Assembly (NCBI GenBank): GCA_963822445.1
Contig: CAWGHO010000001.1
Coordinates: 1,248,001-1,312,000 of the forward strand
DNA from: an uncultured Acidobacteriota bacterium
GTDB lineage: Bacteria > Acidobacteriota > Thermoanaerobaculia > Gp7-AA8
DNA length: 64,000 nucleotides
Direction: 5' to 3'
Both the position numbers and the translations under genes were made by a program. This document shows positions 56,636-64,000 of the stretch, piece by piece (the first letter of the stretch is position 1; the number at the start of each line of letters is the position of its first letter). The notes beneath the pieces were generated by a model that ran no database searches, was not told the DNA's origin, and saw nothing but the letters and a program-made list of their open reading frames with translations.

Positions 56636-59275
56636 TTGATCACCACAGGCTCCCGCCTCGGCCCATACGAGGTCACCGCGCAACTGGGCGCGGGCGGCAT
56701 GGGCGAAGTCTATCGAGCGCGTGACTCGCGCCTCGACCGCACGGTGGCCATCAAAGTCCTTCCCGCGCGGCTCTCCTCCGATCCACGTTTCCGCGAGCGA
56801 TTCGAGCGCGAAGCGAAAGCCATCTCCTCCCTCACCCACCCGCACATCTGCACGCTCTACGACGTCGGCTCGCAGGACGGCACCGACTACCTGGTGATGG
56901 AGTACCTCGAAGGCGAATCGCTCGCGGAGCGTCTCGCCAAAGGACCGTTGCCCATCGATCAGGTGATCCGCTACGGAACGGAAGTCGCCGAAGCATTGGA
57001 ACGGGCGCATCGCGCGGGCATCGTCCATCGCGACCTCAAGCCGGGCAACGTCGTCATCACCAAAGGCGGCGCAAAGCTCCTCGACTTCGGACTCGCGAAG
57101 TTCTCGCAGACCGGCCAGTCCGATCCGCACGCGGCCACCGCGGCGATGACGAGCGCGAAGCCACTCACCGAGGAAGGGACGGTGCTGGGGACGTTCCAGT
57201 ACATGGCGCCGGAACAGATCGAAGGCCGCGACGCCGACCCTCGAACGGACATCTTCGCCCTCGGCGTCCTGCTCTACGAAATGGCTACCGGCAAGCGCGC
57301 CTTCGAAGCAAAGACGCGCGCGAGTCTCATCGCCTCGATTCTCGATCGCGATCCGCCGCCGATCTCCGCGGTGCAACCGCTCACCCCTCCCGCGCTCGAG
57401 CGGGTGATCCGCATGTGCCTGCACAAGGATCCCGACGAGCGCTGGCAAAGCGCACACGACGTGGCCGCGGAGCTGAAGTGGATCGCTTCGACGTCCACCG
57501 AAACGATCGGTCCGGGCGTCAAGCGTCGCGCGCGGCGCTCGCTGCTGCGCAGTGCGGCGATTCTTCTCGTGGGTCTCGCGATCGGCGCGCTCGCGGCGTG
57601 GCTGCTCATGCGGCGCGAGACAGCGCCGATAAGACCCGCGCGCTTCACGATCGCCACCGCGCCGAACGCGCCGCTGAGTTTGAGGCTGAATTCCGTCGGC
57701 CTCTCGCCCGACGGAAACCACGTGGTCTATCGCGCGTCCGTCGGCAACGGGGGGGCAAAGCTCTATCTTCGTGCGATCGACACCCTGACCGCCGTCCCGA
57801 TCGCCGGAACCGACGGCGTCGGCTACTGGACGTTTTCGCCCGACGGGCGCTGGATCGGATTCATAACCGAGGTCGGGCTATGGAAAGTACCGCGCGAGGG
57901 CGGCACTCCGACGAAGCTATCCGACGAAACCGGCCTGGGCATGGCTTGGCACGGCGACACGATCGTCATCAACAAGTCTTTCAGCGGCGGACTGCACGCG
58001 ATGCCGGCCAGCGGCGGAGAGCTTCGGGAGATCGTCAAGAGCAACGCCGCGAATAAGGAAAACGCGATCGTCTGGCCCGACGTCCTCCCCGACGGCAAGC
58101 ATGTGATCGCCACGGTCTGGAGCGTCGGCGACTGGGACACGGCCAGGATCATCGCCTACTCGATGAAAGACGGCTCGTCGAAGGTCCTCATCGAAGGCGG
58201 CTACTTCGCGCGCTATTCGCCCACCGGTCACCTGCTGTTCATGCGCGGCAACAACCTGATGGCGGTCGCGTTCGATCCCAAAACACTCGTCGTGGGCTCC
58301 GCACCCGTGGCAGTCTTGAACGGTGTGGCGCACGGCACAGCCGACGGCGAGGCGCACTTCGCGGTCTCGGAAACGGGTCATCTCGTCTACGCACCGGGCG
58401 GCGCGACGCTGCCGAACGACCAGCTCGTCTGGATCGATCGCGATGGGAAGAGCGCGCCAATGGTCCCGACCCTCCGCCGTTACGGCAGCATCGACATCTC
58501 GCCCGACAGCCGGACCGCCGCGGTCACGATCGAGGAATCTACCTTCGACATCTGGCAGCTCGATCTCGAGCGCGACTCGCTGACCCGCGTGTCCCACGGC
58601 GGCGACGACCTCGAAGGCATCTGGACCGCCGACGGCAATCGCCTGATCTGGACGTCGAGCCGCTCGGGCAAGTACAACCTCCACTGGCGCGCCGCCGACA
58701 ACAGCACCGCGGAAGAGCGCATCGCACCCGCCGACGCACATCAGTTCGCACCATCGGTGACCGCGGACGGCAAATATCTCTTATTCGGCCAGATAGGCAA
58801 GAAAACGAAGATGGATCTCTGGCTCATGCCGTTCGAGACGCGCAAGGCCCAGCCGCTGATCGCGACGGAGTTCTCCGAAAACGAACCGGTGGTCTCCCCC
58901 GATGGACGCTGGCTCGCGTATGAATCCGACCAGTCGGGACGCGGCGAGATCTACATCACATCGTTCCCGAAACCGGCAGGCCATTGGCCCGTTTCGGTCG
59001 CTGGCGGAACATCACCCCGCTGGATGCCGGACGGCAGCGCGATCGTCTACGAGAAATCCAACAAATACTTCATCGTGCCGATCGAAACCGCCGGCCCACG
59101 GCCACGGCCAGGCAAACCGCGGTTGCTCTTCGAAGGGACCTACGACAACGAATACAGCATCGCTCGCGACGGCCGGATCGCCATCATCAAGGATGGCCCG
59201 CAGCCGACCGCGACACAGTTCAACATCGTGATGAATTGGGGTGAGGAACTGAAGCGCCGCGTCTCCGCGCGCTAA
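56636..59275 (+). CDS. Ser/Thr protein kinase with TM and C-terminal TolB/PD40-like beta-propeller
   Basis: GAGGMGEVY, VAIK, HRDLKPGN, DFG, YMAPE; TM helix; SPDG repeats; probable TTG start at 56636 (the upstream ORF extension is the repeat array). Confidence 0.9.
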   Translation: MITTGSRLGPYEVTAQLGAGGMGEVYRARDSRLDRTVAIKVLPARLSSDPRFRERFEREAKAISSLTHPHICTLYDVGSQDGTDYLVMEYLEGESLAERLAKGPLPIDQVIRYGTEVAEALERAHRAGIVHRDLKPGNVVITKGGAKLLDFGLAKFSQTGQSDPHAATAAMTSAKPLTEEGTVLGTFQYMAPEQIEGRDADPRTDIFALGVLLYEMATGKRAFEAKTRASLIASILDRDPPPISAVQPLTPPALERVIRMCLHKDPDERWQSAHDVAAELKWIASTSTETIGPGVKRRARRSLLRSAAILLVGLAIGALAAWLLMRRETAPIRPARFTIATAPNAPLSLRLNSVGLSPDGNHVVYRASVGNGGAKLYLRAIDTLTAVPIAGTDGVGYWTFSPDGRWIGFITEVGLWKVPREGGTPTKLSDETGLGMAWHGDTIVINKSFSGGLHAMPASGGELREIVKSNAANKENAIVWPDVLPDGKHVIATVWSVGDWDTARIIAYSMKDGSSKVLIEGGYFARYSPTGHLLFMRGNNLMAVAFDPKTLVVGSAPVAVLNGVAHGTADGEAHFAVSETGHLVYAPGGATLPNDQLVWIDRDGKSAPMVPTLRRYGSIDISPDSRTAAVTIEESTFDIWQLDLERDSLTRVSHGGDDLEGIWTADGNRLIWTSSRSGKYNLHWRAADNSTAEERIAPADAHQFAPSVTADGKYLLFGQIGKKTKMDLWLMPFETRKAQPLIATEFSENEPVVSPDGRWLAYESDQSGRGEIYITSFPKPAGHWPVSVAGGTSPRWMPDGSAIVYEKSNKYFIVPIETAGPRPRPGKPRLLFEGTYDNEYSIARDGRIAIIKDGPQPTATQFNIVMNWGEELKRRVSAR

Positions 59276-60643
59276 TTCACGACCGCGCCGACGAGATCGT
59301 ACGGATGCGCTTCCGTGATCTCGACGCGAGCGAACGCGGGCAATGATTTCGGCAGCAGATCGATCCCGTCGTTGATCAGCAGGCGGCCGTCGATCTCGGG
59401 AGCCTGGCCGACGAGGCGTCCTTCCAGCAGGTGCTCGGTCTCTTCGCAGACGCCGGTGATGATCGCGTCGAACGTCTGCCCAACCTTCGTCTCGTTGCGC
59501 GAGAGAGCGATCTTCTGCTGCAGTTCCATGAGCTTCGCGCGGCGTCGCTCGGCGGTCTTGCGCGTGGGGATGTCGGTCATGCGCGCGGAAAGCGTGTTGT
59601 CCTCGGTCGAGTAGACGAAGGCGCCCATGTTGTCGAACTGCGCCCACTCCACGAAGTCGTACAGCTCGCCGAAATCCTTCGGCGTCTCACCGGGGTGGCC
59701 GGTGATGAACGTCGTCCGCAAGGTGATGTCCGGCACGAGCTCGCGCATGCGCGTGACCATCTCCCGATACTCCTTCGGCGAGCCGGGACGGCGCATGCGG
59801 CCGAGGACGTTCGCGGAGACGTGCTGCAAGGGGATGTCGCAATACGAGGCGAACCGCGGCTCGCGTCCCATCAGCTCGAAGAGCGACCAGTCGAGCGAGC
59901 CCGGATAGGCATACAGAAAACGGATCCAGCGGAAATCGGTCTCGGCGAGCAGGGTCTCGACGAGCTTCGTAAGGCCGCCGGCGATGCCGATGTCTTCGCC
60001 GTAACGCGTCGTGTCCTGAGCGACGAGATTGAGCTCCTTCACGCCGGCCTGCTGCAGCGCCTGCGCTTCGCGAACGATGCCTTCGACTGATCGCGAGCGG
60101 AACTTGCCTCGCATCTGCGGAATCGCGCAGAACGTGCACGGATTCGAGCACCCCTCGGAGACCTTCAGATACGCGTGCGCGGTGCCCTGGGTGAGTACGC
60201 GCGGAAAGTCTTCATACAGCCGCTGCGACATCTTCCGCCGCGTCGGCGCGAGCTCGTCCGCGGACAGCCCGGTCACGGCCTGGGTGATCTTCTCGAGGTG
60301 ATCGAGCCCGACGAAGGCATCGATCTCGGGAATCGACTCCTGCAGATCGGTCCGGTACTTCTGAACCATGCAGCCGGTGACGATCAGCCGCTCCACGCCG
60401 TGGCCCTTGCGGTCTGGCGATCTCCAGAATCGTGTCGATCGACTCCTGCTTGGCCGCGTCGATGAACCCGCACGTGTTGACGATGACCACGTCCGCCTCT
60501 TCGAGGTCGTTCGTGATCTCCACATGCCCGGCATCCTGCTGCAACTGCCCGAGCATGATCTCGGCATCGACGAGATTCTTCGGGCAGCCGAGGGAGATCA
60601 TTCCCACTTTTCGGACGGACGGATCGGGTGTGACCACGGGCAT
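59272..60643 (-). CDS. rimO: Ribosomal protein S12 methylthiotransferase, frameshifted at about 60415
   Basis: [54 protein letters not shown] domain; extra A in GCC (A)GAC CGC. Confidence 0.92.
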
Positions 60644-60681
60644 GGATGGATGGCAACAGGCTGGGCCGCTGGGGTGTTCCC

Positions 60682-60760
60682 GTTGCGGGGTTACGGGGTT
60701 TCGGGGTTACGAGGAAGACAGCCACCTCGTAACCCCGAAACCTCGTAACCCCGTAACCCC
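60682..60760. repeat. Octamer inverted tandem-repeat element, copy 3
   Basis: gttgc ggggttac ggggtttc ggggttac gagg ... cctcgtaa ccccgaaa cctcgtaa ccccgtaa cccc. Confidence 0.85.
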
Positions 60761-63164
60761 TACTTCAGCGTCCCCTCGAACAACTTCAAAATCCGCTCGA
60801 TACTCATCCGCCCAGCTCGTCGCTTCCACGAAGCTGTGGTCCTCCAGCGGGTACATCGCCACTTCCCAGTTCTCTTTGCGGAGCTCGATCAGGCGCTGGG
60901 CGAGGCGGACGGTGTCCTGGAAATGGACGTTCACGTCGATCATGCCGTGGCAGATCAGCAGGTGTCCTTTCAGCCCTTCCGCGAAGTAGATCGGGGACGA
61001 TTTCCGGTGCGCCTCGGGGTCGCCTTGAGGGGTGTTCAGGATGTTCGAGGTGTACGGGTGGTTGTAATGCGCCCAGTCCGTCACCGGCCGTAGCGCGGCG
61101 CCGGCGGCGAAGACGTCGGGCGTCGTGAACAGTGCCATCAGCGTGATGAAGCCGCCGTAGCTGCCGCCGTAGATCCCGATCCGTTTCGGGTCGACTTCGT
61201 GCTCGCTGGTCAGCCACTTCGCGCCGTCAACGTGATCGTTCAGATCCACGCCGCCCATGTGCCGGTAGATCGCGGTGCGCCAGTCGCGGCCGTAGCCGGC
61301 TGAGGCTCGGTAGTCGATGTCGAGGACGAGGTAGCCGCGCTCCATGAGGAGGTGGTGGAACATGTACTCGCGGTAGTAACTCGACCAGCCGCGATGCACG
61401 TTCTGCAGATAGCCGGCGCCGTGGACGAAGATCACCGCCGGGCCGCCGTTCCAGTTCGCCGGCTTGTAGATGCGGGCGGGAACGGATTTGCCGTCGCGCG
61501 CGGGGAAGTGAACGATGGGAACGTCGAGCCAGGGATAGGTCGCGAACTCCGGCGCATGCGAAGTCGTCACACGAACGCCACTGACATGAACCTCGGTCGG
61601 CCTGTTCGCGTACGAGTAGAGATCGGCGATCGTCTTCCCGTCCGGCGAGACCACCGCGTCGTGACAGACCGATCTCCGTCGTCAGCTTCGTCATCGCCCC
61701 GCCGCTGAGCGGCATGCGATACAGATGCATCTCGAACAGCGATTCCTTGCTCGCCTGGATGAGGAAGCTCTTCCGGTCACCGGCGAGCTGCACCTCGTCG
61801 ACTTCCTACTCTCCGCTCGTCAGCGCGCGCGGTTGCCCGCCCGCGAACGGCACGGTGTAGAGATGCATCCAGCCCGTTTTCTCGCTGATGAAGCAGACGT
61901 GCTGCGAATCGGGAACGAAGCCGATCCAGCCGTCGCTGAACCACTGCACCCAGGCGTCGTCGTGCTCGCGGAAGATCTCTCTTGTCTTTCCGGTGACGGG
62001 ATCGAAGGCCAGCAGCCAAAAGTCCTTGTTGTCGACCGCGCGAACCGGCAGGACCGCGGATTTGCCGTCGTCCGACCAGATTAGCGTCTCGATGTCGAGG
62101 TCGCGCGCTGGCGGCTCCTTGACCTCCGTCTTTTCGGCGGTGGCCTGCCCTTCCGTCTTCTCCTCGGTTTTCTGTTCCGCGGTTTTCTCTTCGGTCGTCG
62201 CCGACACTTCCTTCTTTTCGGGCTCGACCCGCTTCAGATCGTGCTTCAGCCAGTTCACCTTGCCGTCGATGGTGGAGATGCTGGCGAGCTTCGATGACGG
62301 CTGCGTGTCGCCGACTTTTCGCCGCGCCGGCAGATCGGTGGTGAAGCCCGTGTCGGTGACGTAGCTCGGGACGATGGTGCGCTTCCCTTCCTCCGACTCC
62401 ACGGCAATGAGGACGATCGCGTACTTGCGATCGGGCGTCAGTTCGGCTTCGCTGACGGACTCCCCCTTCTTCAACTTCAACGGTGCAATCGCGATCTCGG
62501 CCTTGCGCTTCGCGTCTTGTTCCTTCTTCTCCGCCGCGCGCCGCGTGAGCACGTCGCTCAGTTTCTTCGCCTCCTCGGCGATCCACTTCTGGCTGGCGGT
62601 CTTGTCCTTGTTCTCATCCTCGAACAGCGTGACGTGCGCGCCCTTCTCATCCGCGGCGACGACGTTCGTCACCTGCGTGAGCGAGCCATCGGTCAGCGAC
62701 ACGAGAAAGAGATTGTTGCGGCGGACGAAGGTCACGGCCTTGTCGTCGTGCGTGAACCGCGCGCTCGATTCCCCCTCGGTCGTATCGGTCAACGCGCGAC
62801 GTTTGCCGGCGGCGCTGTCGTAGAGAAACACGTCGCCGCCATCGGTGTAGACCGCCATGCGGCGATCGCGGGTCCAGTCGCCGCGCGTCGGCGGAGCATG
62901 CTTCGCCTCTTCGTCGGTGAGCTTGCGCAAGCCCTTGCCGTCGCGGCCGACGACGTACGTTTCGTAGTTCTCCTCGATCGGATCGGTGTGCTGCTTCCAG
63001 TCAAAGTAGACGAGCTTCGAATCGTGGGACCAGCGCAGGGTTCGTGGCGTGTAGCCGGCCAGGTTCGGCCCGCGCATGATCGTGTCGACCGAGAGCTGAA
63101 GCCGCTCCTGGCCGATCAGCGAGAGCGAGATGAGGAGTGTCGCGGCGATGAGCAGGCGTCTCAT
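60760..63164 (-). CDS. S9 family (DPP IV/prolyl oligopeptidase-like) secreted peptidase, interrupted by an in-frame TAG at 61806-61808 and indels near 61667 and 60796
   Basis: Signal peptide; beta-propeller; [15 protein letters not shown] (Ser), D.NV (Asp), EDH (His); reconstructed C-terminus [11 protein letters not shown]. Confidence 0.85.
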
Positions 63165-63191
63165 GGGACGCGGATCATAAACGCGCGACGG

Positions 63192-64000
63192 CTATTTGAA
63201 GACGGCGCTGGCCCGCTCGTCGGCGAGGATTTTCGTGAACGTTTTATTGAGCTCGGGCAGTGACTCCTTCGCGACGAAGTACGTCTGCAACGCGTACCGC
63301 CGCTTGTACCGAAGGACACCGTCCTTGAACTCCGACTGGCTGGAGTAGGCAACGGCGGGTGTGGTCACCGTCACCGCGGCGGGCAGCTCATCGAGCTTGA
63401 ACGACGGCGCAATCGCGATCTCGACTTCATCGGTCTGCACCGACGGACCCTCGGTGACGTACCCGTAGTCGCGCTCGGCCATGTCGACGATGGTCTCCGG
63501 CTTCTGACCCAGCACCCGCGGGCGGACGAGCAACATGTCCGCGACCTTGCGGGCATACCCCTTCGCCGTAATCCCGTAGCGGATGATGAGATCGGTCTCG
63601 GCATCATCGACGTTCTCGATGGCGATGCCGCTGGCCGAGTAGTTGGTCAGATGGGCGGAGAGGACCGACTCGACGTAACGAACGCGCTCGTTCGTGTTCA
63701 TGGCCTGCAGTGCCGATCGCATTTCCGCGGCGATGCGGCCGGTGCGGATCTCCTCGATCTTTCCGCTGAGCGTCCCCTCGGCATCCAGGGCCAGGGCCGC
63801 CTTCCGCCGCAGTTGATTGGCGTCCGCCGCATGTGCGGGCATGGCAATCAGCTCACCGCCGGCCGGCGTCACGAGAAGGCCGCGGCCGTCCTGCAGGTAC
63901 GACGGCAGGTAGCCGTACGGCGTGGTCGTGCTGGTGGGATCGAAGAGCAGGAGCTTGCCGAGCTTCGGATGATCGATCGTCGCGTGAGCCTTCTCCGGCG
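63192..64000 (-). CDS. C-terminal part of a DUF3857/transglutaminase-like domain protein (starts outside the window)
   Basis: ...LLFDPTSTTTPYGYLPSYLQDGRGLLV...ALDAEGTLSG...ELP...YSS...L.Y.R pattern; the frame is open to the window edge. Confidence 0.75.
   Translation of the reverse strand, partial: PEKAHATIDHPKLGKLLLFDPTSTTTPYGYLPSYLQDGRGLLVTPAGGELIAMPAHAADANQLRRKAALALDAEGTLSGKIEEIRTGRIAAEMRSALQAMNTNERVRYVESVLSAHLTNYSASGIAIENVDDAETDLIIRYGITAKGYARKVADMLLVRPRVLGQKPETIVDMAERDYGYVTEGPSVQTDEVEIAIAPSFKLDELPAAVTVTTPAVAYSSQSEFKDGVLRYKRRYALQTYFVAKESLPELNKTFTKILADERASAVFK

Noticed and set aside
61806-61808. Pyrrolysine or TAG recoding in the S9 peptidase
   Set aside because: The position matches an expected Trp (TGG), the gene has two other lesions, and TAG is a normal stop elsewhere in the window.

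Overview
GC-rich bacterial chromosomal segment. The gene content (Oar-type TonB-dependent receptors, Ser/Thr kinase-beta-propeller, VPS10-like glycosyl hydrolase, DUF4388, DUF5666) suggests an Acidobacteriota/Thermoanaerobaculia-like organism; this is an inference. From left to right: (1) the start of a minus-strand ABC-dependent surface-glycan operon (wzm, methyltransferase-GT fusion, wzt, double methyltransferase, CmcI-like methyltransferase, two paralogous SPASM-first radical SAM genes). (2) An accessory block at about 9.4-16.7 kb, the best candidate for a new system: a TIR-TM receptor / Cys-rich secreted protein / beta-barrel operon converging on a patatin + deoxyribohydrolase-like-TPR-SLOG operon, plus a small protein/retropepsin pair. 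(3) Housekeeping and envelope genes: PBP1b-like, pgeF, D-aminoacylase, arfB, TonB/TolA-like, proteases, HD-GYP, GH3, two TBDRs, MFS, a BtuFCD-like ABC importer, a pseudo-receiver-kinase-TonB fusion, an atypical rho, e(P4) phosphatase, a kinase, rimO, an S9 peptidase and a partial transglutaminase-like gene. No rRNA, tRNA, CRISPR array or transposase was seen. Several families of intergenic inverted-repeat elements are present. Six genes carry indels or a nonsense codon, most likely assembly errors. All family calls come from motif recognition by eye; no database searches were run.
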